Origin: Thermodesulfobacteriota bacterium
GTDB taxonomy: Bacteria > Desulfobacterota_D > UBA1144 > Nemesobacterales > Mycalebacteriaceae
DNA length: 64,000 nucleotides
Assembly: GCA_965226585.1 (NCBI GenBank)
Contig: OZ245366.1
Coordinates: 128,001 to 192,000 of the forward strand
Reading direction: 5' to 3'
Shown here one piece after another: positions 38,957-49,362 of the stretch. Within the stretch, counting starts at the first letter, position 1, and each line of letters opens with the position of its first letter. The notes below the pieces were generated by a model. That model had not been told where the DNA came from and did no database searches. It saw only the letters and a list, made by a program, of their open reading frames with translations. The translations under genes were made by a program, and so were the position numbers.

Positions 38957-39370
38957 ATGCAAGTAAGTAAAACTCTTGATTACGCGATACGCTCGCTGAC
39001 GCACATGGGAAACAATCCGGGCAGAAGGTGCGGAATGAAAGAAATTTCAGAAAGCCAGCACATACCGGACAAATACCTCGCCAAGGTGATGGCGCGTCTT
39101 GTGAGAAGCGGAATAGTAAGCTCCGGGCGGGGACCTTCGGGCGGCTACCTGCTGGTGAAAAAGCCCTTTGAGTTGAACCTCAAAGATGTGTACGAGGCGA
39201 TTGAGGGAGACATACACATAATTGACTGTATGAGCGATGACGGCCCCTGCGCGCTTCACGAAAACTGCACACAGCTCGCCGTGTGGGACAAACTTCAGGT
39301 TACGATGATAAGGACTCTTGAGAAGATAACCCTTGAAAGTCTGACCGCCAAAACGGGGGAAGCCGCATGA
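38957..39370 (+). CDS. Rrf2-family transcriptional regulator with three Fe-S cysteines
   Basis: [25 protein letters not shown] and C-x6-C-x5-C motifs. Confidence 0.93.
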   Translation: MQVSKTLDYAIRSLTHMGNNPGRRCGMKEISESQHIPDKYLAKVMARLVRSGIVSSGRGPSGGYLLVKKPFELNLKDVYEAIEGDIHIIDCMSDDGPCALHENCTQLAVWDKLQVTMIRTLEKITLESLTAKTGEAA

Positions 39371-40818
39371 GCGTTGATTTTGAAGACCTCGCCCGGCAGG
39401 AATACAAATACGGATTTTCCACCGATGTTGAGCAGGAGATAGCCCCCGAAGGGATTAACGAAGACATTGTGCGCTTTATCTCCGCCAAAAAGGGCGAGCC
39501 GGAGTGGATGCTTGAATGGAGATTGAAGGCGTACCGCCACTGGCTCACGATGAAGGAGCCGCGCTGGGCAAACGTGGAATACCCCCCGATTGACTACAAC
39601 GCCATAAGTTACTACGCCGCCCCCGGCAGCGGGGAAAGCCCTGAAAGCCTGGACGACATAGACCCGGAGATACGGGAGACCTACGAAAAACTCGGCATAC
39701 CGCTTGAAGAGCAGGAGATTCTTGCCGGAGTGAAGAAAGAGCAGGTGGCGGTGGACGTCGTTTTTGACAGCGTTTCGCTTGTAACCACCTTCAAGGAAAA
39801 ACTCGCGGAAGAGGGAGTGATATTCTGCTCAATGTCCGAAGCCGTGAGAGAGCATCCGGAACTTGTGAAAAAATACATCGGCTCGGTCGTGCCGTATTCC
39901 GACAACTTTTTTGCGACCCTCAACTCGGCGGTTTTCTCTGACGGCTCTTTCGTGTACGTGCCCGAAGGCGTGCGCTGCCCGATGGAACTTTCCACTTATT
40001 TCAGAATAAACGCGCAGAACACGGGGCAGTTTGAGAGAACCCTGATAATCGCGGAAAAAGGCAGTTACGTGAGTTACCTTGAGGGCTGTACCGCGCCGAT
40101 GAGAGACGAAAATCAGCTTCACGCGGCGGTGGTTGAACTTGTCGCCCTTGATGACGCGACAATCAAATACTCCACAATTCAGAACTGGTATCCCGGAGAC
40201 AGCGAAGGCAAAGGCGGAATCTACAATTTCGTCACAAAACGCGGCAGATGCATTGGAAACAACTCACGGATATCCTGGACTCAGGTGGAGACCGGCTCGG
40301 CTATAACTTGGAAATATCCCGGCTGTGTGCTTGAGGGAGACAACTCCGTGGGAGAGTTCTACTCGGTTGCTCTCACAAACCGCAAACAACAGGCGGACAC
40401 GGGAACGAAGATGGTTCATGTCGGCAAAAACACAAGCAGCACAATCGTGTCAAAAGGCATCAGCGCGGGCAAGGGGCAGAACACCTACAGGGGGCTTGTG
40501 GAGATTGGAAAATCGGCGGCGAACTCGCGCAACTACACTCAGTGCGACTCCATGCTGATAGGAGACCTGTGCGGGGCGCACACCTTCCCGTACATAGAGG
40601 TCAAGAACTCCACCGCGCATATGGAGCACGAGGCGTCAACCTCAAAAATCGGGGAAGACCAGATATTTTACTGCCAGCAGAGAGGGCTTTCCGCCGAAGA
40701 CGCGGTTTCACTGATTGTGAACGGTTTCTGCAAGGAAGTTTTCAAGGAACTGCCATTTGAGTTCGCCGTGGAGGCGGAAAAACTGCTCAGCATCAGTCTT
40801 GAGGGCAGTGTGGGATAA
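39367..40818 (+). CDS. sufB: Fe-S cluster assembly protein SufB
   Basis: [34 protein letters not shown] and LEGSVG motifs. Confidence 0.98.
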   Translation: MSVDFEDLARQEYKYGFSTDVEQEIAPEGINEDIVRFISAKKGEPEWMLEWRLKAYRHWLTMKEPRWANVEYPPIDYNAISYYAAPGSGESPESLDDIDPEIRETYEKLGIPLEEQEILAGVKKEQVAVDVVFDSVSLVTTFKEKLAEEGVIFCSMSEAVREHPELVKKYIGSVVPYSDNFFATLNSAVFSDGSFVYVPEGVRCPMELSTYFRINAQNTGQFERTLIIAEKGSYVSYLEGCTAPMRDENQLHAAVVELVALDDATIKYSTIQNWYPGDSEGKGGIYNFVTKRGRCIGNNSRISWTQVETGSAITWKYPGCVLEGDNSVGEFYSVALTNRKQQADTGTKMVHVGKNTSSTIVSKGISAGKGQNTYRGLVEIGKSAANSRNYTQCDSMLIGDLCGAHTFPYIEVKNSTAHMEHEASTSKIGEDQIFYCQQRGLSAEDAVSLIVNGFCKEVFKELPFEFAVEAEKLLSISLEGSVG

Positions 40819-40861
40819 ACCCGCGCGGTGAATTCACCCGGAAAAAAGAAGGAGAGAATAA

Positions 40862-41608
40862 ATGCTTGAAATAAAAGATTTGCGCGCCTCGGTAGGCGAA
40901 AAGGAGATACTCAAAGGGCTTGGGCTCAAGGTGGGCGCGGGAGAGGTGCACTCCATAATGGGACCCAACGGCTCCGGCAAAAGCACGCTTTCGCAAATCC
41001 TCGCCGGAAAAGACGCCTACGATGTAACGGGAGGGTCGGTGGATTTTGACGGGGAAGACCTTCTGGACATGGAGCCCGAAGAGCGCGCGGCGGCGGGCGT
41101 GTTTATGGCGTTTCAGTATCCCATTGAGATTGCGGGCGTTTCAAACTCATACCTTCTGCGCGAGGGGCTCAACTCCATAAGAAAAGCGCGGGGAGAAAAA
41201 CCCGTGAAGCACGTGGAGTTTTCAAAAATGGCGAAAGACAAAATGAAGGCGCTGGAAATTGACGACTCGTTCCTTTCCCGCCCCGTCAACGAAGGTTTTT
41301 CGGGCGGAGAGAAGAAAAGAAACGAGATATTCCAAATGCAGATACTTGAACCGAAACTTGCCATACTTGACGAAACCGACTCCGGGCTGGACATAGACGC
41401 CCTTAAAATCGTTGCGGACGGCGTGAACGCAATGAGGTCAAAAGACAGGTCGTTCATCGTTATAACGCACTACCAGCGGCTTCTTGAATATATCGTGCCG
41501 GATTTTGTTCACGTTATGGCGGACGGCAAAATAGTTAAATCGGGCGGCAAAGACCTCGCCCTTGAACTGGAAAGCAAGGGCTACGGATGGATTGAGAAAT
41601 CCGCGTAG
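40862..41608 (+). CDS. sufC: Fe-S cluster assembly ATPase SufC
   Basis: MGPNGSGKST, FSGGEKKRNE, DETDSGLDIDAL and ITHYQRLL motifs. Confidence 0.98.
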   Translation: MLEIKDLRASVGEKEILKGLGLKVGAGEVHSIMGPNGSGKSTLSQILAGKDAYDVTGGSVDFDGEDLLDMEPEERAAAGVFMAFQYPIEIAGVSNSYLLREGLNSIRKARGEKPVKHVEFSKMAKDKMKALEIDDSFLSRPVNEGFSGGEKKRNEIFQMQILEPKLAILDETDSGLDIDALKIVADGVNAMRSKDRSFIVITHYQRLLEYIVPDFVHVMADGKIVKSGGKDLALELESKGYGWIEKSA

Positions 41609-41618
41609 CGGGAAAAAC

Positions 41619-42938
41619 ATGGCTGGCGCGACAGACAAAAACGGCGGCGGTTTTGCCGCTCTGCCCTCTGCGGCGGGAAAAACGGGTCTCCCCGTTCTTG
41701 ACGAAGTAAGGCAACTCGGGGCAGACGCTTTGGGCGGCGGGCTTGAGTTCCCGACCGTGCGTCATGAGGACTGGAGATTTACAAACCTCGCCCCGGTTGG
41801 AAAAACCGTTTATGAACTTCCCTCCAAAACCCCGGAGGCGGAAAAAGATTTTTCAGACCGCCTTATAAAAGGGATGGGCGCGCCCGCGCTGGTTTTTGTC
41901 AACGGGTTTTACTCCGCCTCTCTCTCAAACCCTCCGGCGGGAAACGGGGGCGCGGTTGTGTGCGCGCTTTCTGAAGCCGCGCGGCTTTACCCCGATGTGG
42001 TGGCGGAAAATCTGGGAAAACTGTCAAACTGTAAAGACGAGTATTTCACCGCGCTCAACACGGCGCTTTTTGCTGACGGCGCGTTTGTGCATATTCCCAC
42101 GGGAAGCGAAATCAAAGACCCCGTCTACATCGTTTATATGACCGAAACCGGCGGCGCGCCTCTGGTAACAAGCCCCAGAAACCTCATAGTGGCGGGAGAC
42201 AACTGCAGAGCGAAAATCGTTGAACACTACATATCAGGCGGAGACGGCAACTGCCTTTCAAACACCCTGACCGAAGTGTCTGTCGGGGCTGAGAGCGCGG
42301 TGGAGCACTACTGCCTTGAGTTTGAAAGCGGGGGCGGCGTGGGCGTTTCAACTCTGAACATGATTCAGCAGAAAGATTCAAACACCGTTTCACATTCCGT
42401 TCTCACGGGCGGGGCGATTGTGAGAAACAACGTGCATCCGAAACTCGCAGGAACGGGTTGCAACTCTCTCATAAACGGCTTGTTCATGCCAACCAGCCGC
42501 CAGCACATGGACAACTTTATGAAGGTTGAGCACGCCGCCCCGCACTGCGACAGCAGACAGCTTTACAACGGGGTTCTGAACGAAAAGGGGCGCGGGGTTT
42601 TTCACGGAAGAATTATAGTGCACGAGGGCGCGATAAAAACGGACGCCAAGCAGACAAACCGCAACCTTCTGCTTTCAGACACGGCTCAAATAGACACAAA
42701 ACCGCAACTTGAAATCTACAATGACGACGTGAAATGCACTCACGGGGCGACCATAGGGCAGATGGATGAGGAAGCGGTTTTCTATCTGCGGTCAAGGGGA
42801 ATTCCCGAAAGCGAGGCGCGCGCGGTTATTCTGCGTGGCTTCACGGGAGAGAGTCTTGCCCTCATGACGGTTGAGCCGGTGCGGGACTTTCTTGAAAAAG
42901 TGTCCGAACAGTGGTTCACAGACGCTCTTGACGGCTGA
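41619..42938 (+). CDS. sufD: Fe-S cluster assembly protein SufD
   Basis: HEDWRFT, KPQLEIYNDDVKCTHGATIG and FYLRSRGI motifs. Confidence 0.96.
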   Translation: MAGATDKNGGGFAALPSAAGKTGLPVLDEVRQLGADALGGGLEFPTVRHEDWRFTNLAPVGKTVYELPSKTPEAEKDFSDRLIKGMGAPALVFVNGFYSASLSNPPAGNGGAVVCALSEAARLYPDVVAENLGKLSNCKDEYFTALNTALFADGAFVHIPTGSEIKDPVYIVYMTETGGAPLVTSPRNLIVAGDNCRAKIVEHYISGGDGNCLSNTLTEVSVGAESAVEHYCLEFESGGGVGVSTLNMIQQKDSNTVSHSVLTGGAIVRNNVHPKLAGTGCNSLINGLFMPTSRQHMDNFMKVEHAAPHCDSRQLYNGVLNEKGRGVFHGRIIVHEGAIKTDAKQTNRNLLLSDTAQIDTKPQLEIYNDDVKCTHGATIGQMDEEAVFYLRSRGIPESEARAVILRGFTGESLALMTVEPVRDFLEKVSEQWFTDALDG

Positions 42939-42946
42939 GGTTCCTG

Positions 42947-43258
42947 ATGGCGGAAATGAAGAAAATCGCGCGCGCGGAGGAGATTGCCCCCGGCGAGATA
43001 AAATCTTTCACGGTGGGGTTTGACACTGTGGCGGTCTGCAATGTGGAAGGACGTTTCTGTGCCTTCCGCGACCAGTGCAGTCATCAGGAACTGCCCCTTT
43101 CAGACGGCGAATTGAACGGAGAGGTTGTTACCTGCGCGTATCACGGCGCGGAATTCAATGTGGTAACTGGAGAGGCGCTTTGCATGCCCGCGAGCGAGCC
43201 GGTTGAGGTGTTCAGGGTGAAGGTGGAAGACGGCGATATTTTTGTGGCGGTGGATTAG
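42947..43258 (+). CDS. Rieske [2Fe-2S] ferredoxin
   Basis: CSH ... CAYHG Rieske ligands. Confidence 0.93.
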   Translation: MAEMKKIARAEEIAPGEIKSFTVGFDTVAVCNVEGRFCAFRDQCSHQELPLSDGELNGEVVTCAYHGAEFNVVTGEALCMPASEPVEVFRVKVEDGDIFVAVD

Positions 43259-43335
43259 CTGTGATTGACCGCTTTCTCTCAAGGAATGTAGTTCCCCCGC
43301 GCGCTTTTCCGGACGGAAGACGGCGGTTTGCTTTT

Positions 43336-43953
43336 ATGTTCAGACACATAGTTTCATTTCTGGCTGTGGCGGCGATTTCGGTTTTTCCCGCGCCTCACGC
43401 GGAAACAAGCGCGGCGCAGAGCGGAGAGGACAATTTCAAGTTCGGGCTGTCTTCGGGCTACTACTATCAGTTGGCGGATTTGAAAAACGGCGCACAGCCG
43501 GAACTGGAGGTTGTGGAACAGCGCGGGGCGTATGTTGCCGCCAAGGCGGGATACTACATTGAACAAGACCCGTCTCTGACATGGGGAATTGAACTGGAGC
43601 CGGGTTTTATGTTTGGTCTCAGCGCGAGCGTAACCTCTAATCCCAATATTGGCGATGTGGAGACTTATCACATAGCCGTTCCGGTTTATGCGGTCGCGCA
43701 GTTCACATTCCTTGAAAACTGGAAAGCGGACATGGGACTCGGAACGGGCGCGATGCTATACAACATAGGCGATAAAGTCACCGGCGGCGGCACGGTATTT
43801 CCCGTCTTTGTAAAAGCGGGCGCATCCATTGCCGTAAGCACAAAAATGACGTTTGGCGGAGACTTGCGCTTTCACTACAGCGCTGTCGAACCGGACGACA
43901 TCTTATCAGTATGGGGAATTGGCGCGGGCGCGTCTCTGACTTATATGTTCTGA
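43336..43953 (+). CDS. Putative small outer-membrane beta-barrel (OmpW/OmpA-barrel-like)
   Basis: Signal peptide MFRHIVSFLAVAA, alternating strands, C-terminal GASLTYMF. Confidence 0.65.
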   Translation: MFRHIVSFLAVAAISVFPAPHAETSAAQSGEDNFKFGLSSGYYYQLADLKNGAQPELEVVEQRGAYVAAKAGYYIEQDPSLTWGIELEPGFMFGLSASVTSNPNIGDVETYHIAVPVYAVAQFTFLENWKADMGLGTGAMLYNIGDKVTGGGTVFPVFVKAGASIAVSTKMTFGGDLRFHYSAVEPDDILSVWGIGAGASLTYMF

Positions 43954-44029
43954 CCCGTTGCGGCGGAACATTCAAAAGCAAATTTACACTGTGCCGGTTG
44001 ACGGGTTTTTAACAGCCCGGAGGCGCGGA

Positions 44030-45355
44030 CTACTGGTTCATTCCGCTGAGGAACTCTTTGTTGTTCTTGGTGCCGCGCATCTTGTCGAGCAGGAACTCCA
44101 TCGCGTCAACCGTGTTCATCGGGTTGAGCACCTTGCGCAACAGCCACACCCTGTTCAACTCCTCTTCGGTGAGCAGAAGCTCCTCTTTTCTCGTGCCTGA
44201 ACGCTGAAGTTCAACGGCGGGGAAGATACGCCTGTCGGCGAGTTTTCTGTCAAGGTAGCACTCCATGTTGCCCGTGCCTTTGAACTCTTCAAAAATCACC
44301 TCGTCCATTCTGCTTCCCGTGTCTATAAGAGCGGTCGCTATGATTGTGAGGCTTCCGCCCTCTTCGGTGTTTCTCGCGGCTCCGAAAAATCGCTTGGGCT
44401 TTTGAAGCGCGTTCGCCTCAATTCCGCCTGAAAGCACTCTTCCGCTTGCGGGCGTAACCGTGTTGCTCGCCCTCGCAAGACGGGTGAGGCTGTCCAGAAG
44501 AACGACAACATCTCTGCCTTGCTCCACATAGCGTTTTGCCTTTTCAAGAACCATGTCTGAAACCTGAATGTGTCGTTTGGGCGGCTCGTCAAAGGTTGAA
44601 CTCACAACCTCGCCGACAACCGACCTCTGCATATCCGTAACCTCTTCGGGACGCTCGTCTATGAGAAGAACTATCATCTCAACATCGGGATGATTGTCCG
44701 TAATTCCGTTTGCGATTCTCTGAAGAAGTATGGTTTTTCCCGTTCTCGGCGGGGCGACAATAAGAGCCCTCTGCCCAAACCCGATGGGAATGAAAAGATT
44801 CAAAATTCTCGTGCTGAACTCTTTGGCTTCGTACTCAAGGTTCAAACGCTTTTCCGGGTGCAGTGGAACAAGGTTTTCAAACGGAATTCTCTCGTTGCAC
44901 TTCGCCGGTTCCTGCCCGTTGACACTCTCTATCTTCAAAAGCGCGAGGTTTTTCTCTCCGTCTCTGGGAAGGCGAACCTGCCCGACTATGGTGTCGCCGG
45001 TTTTGAGGCTGACGGAGCGAATTTGTGATTTTGAAACGTAAACGTCATCGGGACCGAAAAGGTAGCTGTTCTTCGGCGACCTTAAAAACCCGTAGCCCTC
45101 GGAAAGTATCTCAAGAACGCCTCCCGCCTCAATGGAGCCGTCATCTCTCGCGCTGGTGGCGCGCATTATGGCGTAAATCAAATCCTGACGCGACATAACT
45201 GTTGTGTCGCCAAGTTGCGCGTCTGCGGCGAGTTTTGTCAACTCGCTGTTTGTCTTCTTTCTGAGAATATCAAGGGTGAGTTCCCCGTCGCCGGCAGAGG
45301 CGTCTGCCTTCTTCTTGCGGGGAGTCTCTTCGGTTTGTTCCTGATCTTTGGACAT
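44030..45355 (-). CDS. rho: Transcription termination factor Rho
   Basis: [30 protein letters not shown] and EFKGTGNME motifs. Confidence 0.99.
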   Translation of the reverse strand: MSKDQEQTEETPRKKKADASAGDGELTLDILRKKTNSELTKLAADAQLGDTTVMSRQDLIYAIMRATSARDDGSIEAGGVLEILSEGYGFLRSPKNSYLFGPDDVYVSKSQIRSVSLKTGDTIVGQVRLPRDGEKNLALLKIESVNGQEPAKCNERIPFENLVPLHPEKRLNLEYEAKEFSTRILNLFIPIGFGQRALIVAPPRTGKTILLQRIANGITDNHPDVEMIVLLIDERPEEVTDMQRSVVGEVVSSTFDEPPKRHIQVSDMVLEKAKRYVEQGRDVVVLLDSLTRLARASNTVTPASGRVLSGGIEANALQKPKRFFGAARNTEEGGSLTIIATALIDTGSRMDEVIFEEFKGTGNMECYLDRKLADRRIFPAVELQRSGTRKEELLLTEEELNRVWLLRKVLNPMNTVDAMEFLLDKMRGTKNNKEFLSGMNQ

Positions 45356-45505
45356 ATCTGAATCCGTATAGGGAGTAACTGAAAACCCGTAAAGATGTCT
45401 GGAGAGGAAAACCCGCTGAATCTATCCCGATAAACAGTTTGTGAATTAGCCGCCCCGCAAAAACGCCGGGCGGAGGCAGGAGCCGGAAATCCTCTAGCCC
45501 TTTCA

Positions 45506-45533
45506 AGTGTATAGCAAGTCCGCTCTATGTCAA
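45506..45533 (-). promoter_or_regulatory. Putative sigma70 promoter of rho (TTGACA-N16-TACACT)
   Basis: Reverse complement reads TTGACA tagagcggacttgcta TACACT. Confidence 0.6.
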
Positions 45534-45583
45534 GAGGTTATGTTGGCGGCGGGCTGAACCGCAAGGCGGGAGGGCTTTCGTTC

Positions 45584-45612
45584 TTGCCAAACCCCGCGCC
45601 CTGCCTTACAAT
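45584..45612 (+). promoter_or_regulatory. Putative sigma70 promoter of yebC-ruvCAB (TTGCCA-N17-TACAAT)
   Basis: Near-consensus boxes, 17-bp spacer, 30 bp upstream of ATG 45643. Confidence 0.6.
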
Positions 45613-45642
45613 AAACGGGACAGAAACGCGGGAGATGCTACT

Positions 45643-46395
45643 ATGGCAGGACACTCAAAATGGGCGAATATAAAGCACAGAAAAGCCGCCGTTGACGCGA
45701 AACGGGGCAAGATTTTCACCAAAATTATACGCGAGTTGACAGTCGCCGCCCGGCAGGGCGGAACAGACGCGGACTCAAATCCGCGCCTCAGAACCGCCAT
45801 GTCTCTCGCCAAAAGCAACAACATGCCCGGAGACACGATTGACAGGGCGGTAAAACGCGGCGGCGGCGGAACGGACGGGGCGGAGTTTCAGGAGATTTTC
45901 TACGAGGGCTACGGGCCCGGCGGAAGCGCGGTTTACGTTCAAACGCTAACCGACAACAAAAACCGCACCGTTTCAGACATCAGGCGCATATTCAGCAAAC
46001 ACGGCGGCAATCTGGGCGAAAACGGATGCGTGTCATGGATATTTGAGATGAAGGGAAGGATTGACTTCCCGGCGGACACGGACAGGGAAAAACTGTTTGA
46101 CACCGCCATAGACGCCGGAGCGGAAGATGTTCTTTCAGAAGACGGCGAATCCGCTGTTGTTACGGCGGTTGAGGATTTCGAACGGGTGAAAACCGCGCTT
46201 GAAGAAGAGGGCTTCAAAAACGAAGCGGCGGCGGTAACGATGATTCCGCAAAACAGCGTGAAAATTGACGGGAAGGAAGCCGGCAAGATGATACAGCTTG
46301 TTGAGACGCTTGAAGACAGCGATGACGTGCAGAATGTCTATGCGAATTTCGACATAGACGGCAGTCTGCTTGAAGAGTTGAGCGGTCGGAATTAG
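45643..46395 (+). CDS. yebC: YebC/PmpR-family protein
   Basis: MAGHSKWANIKHRK, YEGYGPGG and DDVQNVYAN motifs. Confidence 0.97.
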   Translation: MAGHSKWANIKHRKAAVDAKRGKIFTKIIRELTVAARQGGTDADSNPRLRTAMSLAKSNNMPGDTIDRAVKRGGGGTDGAEFQEIFYEGYGPGGSAVYVQTLTDNKNRTVSDIRRIFSKHGGNLGENGCVSWIFEMKGRIDFPADTDREKLFDTAIDAGAEDVLSEDGESAVVTAVEDFERVKTALEEEGFKNEAAAVTMIPQNSVKIDGKEAGKMIQLVETLEDSDDVQNVYANFDIDGSLLEELSGRN

Positions 46396-46956
46396 ATGAA
46401 GGTCATAGGAATTGACCCGGGTTCGCAATCCTGCGGATACGCAATTGTTGAGAAAGACGGAACCTCTCTGCGTGTTGTGGAGAGCGGGGCGATACGCCCG
46501 AAACGGACTCTGCCGGTTCACGAGCGTTTGCACCTTATAAGCGAGGGGGTTTCGTTAAAAATGGAAACATTTTCGCCGGACTGTATGTCAATTGAAAAGG
46601 TGTTTGTGGCGAAAAACTCAAAATCCGCGATACACCTGGGGCAGGCGCGCGGGGCTATGCTTGCCGCGGCGGGAGCGCGGGCGATGGATGTTCACGAGTA
46701 CTCGCCAACCCGCGTGAAGAAATCCGTAACAAGCAACGGAAGGGCTTCAAAAGAAGATGTTCAGAAAATAGTTTCAATTATGACGGGCATGAAAAGCTTT
46801 GAGACTTCCGATGAGTCGGACGCGATAGCGGTCGCCATCTGCCACATCAACGCCGCCCGTCCCGGAGGGAAAATTCCGGTTTTCTCTCCGCGCAAAAACA
46901 CGCGAAGGAGGCGCTTCTCGCCGGATGATTTCCCTGCTGAAAGGAAAAATTGTTAA
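46396..46956 (+). CDS. ruvC: Holliday junction resolvase
   Basis: IGIDPG, SIEKVF, LGQARG and DESDAIAVAICH motifs. Confidence 0.96.
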   Translation: MKVIGIDPGSQSCGYAIVEKDGTSLRVVESGAIRPKRTLPVHERLHLISEGVSLKMETFSPDCMSIEKVFVAKNSKSAIHLGQARGAMLAAAGARAMDVHEYSPTRVKKSVTSNGRASKEDVQKIVSIMTGMKSFETSDESDAIAVAICHINAARPGGKIPVFSPRKNTRRRRFSPDDFPAERKNC

Positions 46957-47521
46957 AAAATCGCCCGATTTGCTGGTGATTGAGGCGGCGGGTGTGGGAT
47001 ACGGCGTTATCCCGACCGCGCGCGCGTTTGCGGAACTGCCCGGCGAGGGAGAGCAAGCGCAGATTTCCGTGCACACGCACTTTTCCGTCAACTCGCGCGA
47101 AGGCTCGCTTGAACTGTTCGGTTTTTCGTCCTCTTACGAAGAGGAGGTTTTCAAAAAACTGCTCAGCATATCGGGCATAGGGCCCCGCGCCGCGCTCAAG
47201 ATACTGTCGTGCGTTACGGCGGAGATGCTTGCCGAGGCGGTTGTGAAAGGGGATCTGGACAAGAAAAAAATCCCCGGTCTCGGGCCCAAAAGGGCGGCGA
47301 CCATAATGAATGAACTGAAAGGGAAAATTTCCGCGCCGCTCCACACGGCGGGAGAAGGCGGGCGCGGAGAGGATACGGAAACTATCTTCACGATGCTGAA
47401 AAACTACGGATTCACGGCGGCGGAAATCCGGGCGGCGGCGGAAGAAATTGAGGAGATAGTAAAGTCGTCCGGCAGTATGGAAAACTCGGTCAAAAAGGCA
47501 CTCAGCGTTATGAGGAAATAA
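46925..47521 (+). CDS. ruvA: Holliday junction branch migration protein RuvA
   Basis: MISLLKG, GVGYGV, ELFGF and ISGIGPRAALKIL motifs. Confidence 0.94.
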   Translation: MISLLKGKIVKKSPDLLVIEAAGVGYGVIPTARAFAELPGEGEQAQISVHTHFSVNSREGSLELFGFSSSYEEEVFKKLLSISGIGPRAALKILSCVTAEMLAEAVVKGDLDKKKIPGLGPKRAATIMNELKGKISAPLHTAGEGGRGEDTETIFTMLKNYGFTAAEIRAAAEEIEEIVKSSGSMENSVKKALSVMRK

Positions 47522-47524
47522 CAC

Positions 47525-48571
47525 GTGGCGGAGAAGGAAATGAGCGAAAAAACTGAACGCATCACAAGTCCGCAAACCATAGAGGGAGACACGGCGGCGG
47601 TGGCGGAAGAGAAACTGCGCCCCGAATCGCTTGACGATTTTCTGGGGCAGGAAAAAACCAGAGAAAAAATAAACATATTCATCAGAGCGGCGCAAAAGAG
47701 AAAAGCGGCGGCAGACCACATTCTGCTTTGCGGGCCTCCGGGGCTCGGCAAAACCACGCTCGCCCGCATAGTGGCGGCGGAACTCGGGGCAACTCTTCAC
47801 CAGACCTCAGGCCCCGTGCTTGAAAGAACGGGAGACCTCGCGGCAATGCTTACGAGCCTTGAGGAAAAAGATGTTCTGTTCATAGACGAAATACACCGCA
47901 CAAGCAGGATTGTGGAGGAATACCTCTACCCCGCAATGGAAGACTTCAGCATAGACCTGCTTATGGGAGAGGGACCGTCTGCGCGCTCAATGAAAATCAA
48001 ACTTGAGCCCTTCACGCTTATCGGTGCGACCACGCGGACGGGGCTGTTAACCTCCCCCCTGCATTCGCGCTTCGGAATGGAGTTGCGCCTTGAACACTAC
48101 GGGCGGGAGGAAATTGAGAGGATAGTGAACCGTTCGGCGGGAATTCTGGAAGTGGATATATCGCCCCCTGCGGCGGCGCACATAGCGGCGCGCTCACGCG
48201 GAACGCCCAGAGTGGCAAACCGCCTTCTCCGCAGGGTGCGCGACTACGCCGAAGTGAAATCAGACGGCAAAATCGGCGAGAAGGAAACTCTCGGGTGTCT
48301 TGAGATGCTTGAGATTGACGGCTTCGGGCTGGACAGCCTCGACAGGGCTATACTGATGACAATCATAGACAGATTCGGCGGCGGTCCGGTGGGGATAGAG
48401 ACCATCGCCGCGTCTGTGAGCGAAGACAGAGACACAATAGAGCAGGTGTACGAGCCGTTTCTCCTCAGGTGCGGACTGCTTGAAAAAACCCCGCAGGGAA
48501 GAAAAGCGTCTCCGCTTGCCTACTCGCATCTCGGAATGACGAACCCGCGAGAGCGGAAAACCCTGCTTTAA
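47525..48571 (+). CDS. ruvB: Holliday junction branch migration ATPase RuvB
   Basis: LRPESLDDFLGQ, GPPGLGKTT, FIDEIH and RGTPRVANRLL motifs. Confidence 0.98.
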   Translation: MAEKEMSEKTERITSPQTIEGDTAAVAEEKLRPESLDDFLGQEKTREKINIFIRAAQKRKAAADHILLCGPPGLGKTTLARIVAAELGATLHQTSGPVLERTGDLAAMLTSLEEKDVLFIDEIHRTSRIVEEYLYPAMEDFSIDLLMGEGPSARSMKIKLEPFTLIGATTRTGLLTSPLHSRFGMELRLEHYGREEIERIVNRSAGILEVDISPPAAAHIAARSRGTPRVANRLLRRVRDYAEVKSDGKIGEKETLGCLEMLEIDGFGLDSLDRAILMTIIDRFGGGPVGIETIAASVSEDRDTIEQVYEPFLLRCGLLEKTPQGRKASPLAYSHLGMTNPRERKTLL

Positions 48572-48732
48572 CCCGTAAAAAAACCTCCCGCCTGCGCGCT
48601 CCTGCACACAAGCAGAAAAAACGGTAAAGCGGCGATTTTTTCATAAAACTTACATCCGGTTTTTTTACACGCAGGACAATAGAGTGTAAATTGCTCGGCG
48701 CGGGGCTTCAAACCGCGTCCCTGTTGCTGAAA

Positions 48733-49362
48733 ATGTTGCTGACTTTGGTAAGACACGGCGAAACCGAGTGGAACAGGCTTCAAAGATGCCAGGGGGTTAG
48801 CGACATACCGCTTAACGAAAACGGGGTTTTTCAGTCAAAACTGCTCGCCGAAAGTCTTAAAAACGAAAAGATAGACGCGGTTTTTTCAAGCGGACTCAAA
48901 AGGGCTTCCTCTACGGCGGAGGCGATAGCAAAGTTTCACGGCCTTGAAGTGGGAGTGAATGAGGATTTCAGAGAGATGGATCAGGGCGAGTTTGAGGGCG
49001 TTGAGTTCTCCGAGATACGGGAAAAACATTCGGACAAACTGAAGATGTGGGTGGAAAGCCCCGCAAGTTTCCGCATACCGGGAGGCGAGACGCTTTCCGA
49101 GGTTCAAAAAAGAGCGATGAACGGAATTGAAAATATGCTGAGCAAATGGACGGACGCACACATAGTTGTGGTGAGCCACAACCTTACAATTGTGTCTATG
49201 CTGTGCGAATTCAACAGCACTCCCATATCCGGTTTCCGGGATTTTAAAATCAGCGAAACCTCCCGGACCGTTGTTTCGTGTGAAAGCGGAAAATACACGG
49301 TCAATATTCTCAACGACACATCACATCTTGACGGCGCGGCGGGATACGGCGCCGGGGCGTAA
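48733..49362 (+). CDS. Histidine phosphatase family protein (CobC/PspA/PGM-like)
   Basis: LVRHGETEWN, PGGET, VVSH and LNDTSHL motifs. Confidence 0.9.
   Translation: MLLTLVRHGETEWNRLQRCQGVSDIPLNENGVFQSKLLAESLKNEKIDAVFSSGLKRASSTAEAIAKFHGLEVGVNEDFREMDQGEFEGVEFSEIREKHSDKLKMWVESPASFRIPGGETLSEVQKRAMNGIENMLSKWTDAHIVVVSHNLTIVSMLCEFNSTPISGFRDFKISETSRTVVSCESGKYTVNILNDTSHLDGAAGYGAGA

Noticed and set aside
40827..40838. Palindrome GGTGAATTCACC between sufB and sufC
   Set aside because: Short, no U-tract, and no second copy noticed.
48664..48690. Inverted repeat TTTACAC-N13-GTGTAAA upstream of the histidine phosphatase
   Set aside because: Coincides with a plausible TTTACA-N17-TAAATT promoter; no independent evidence for an operator.
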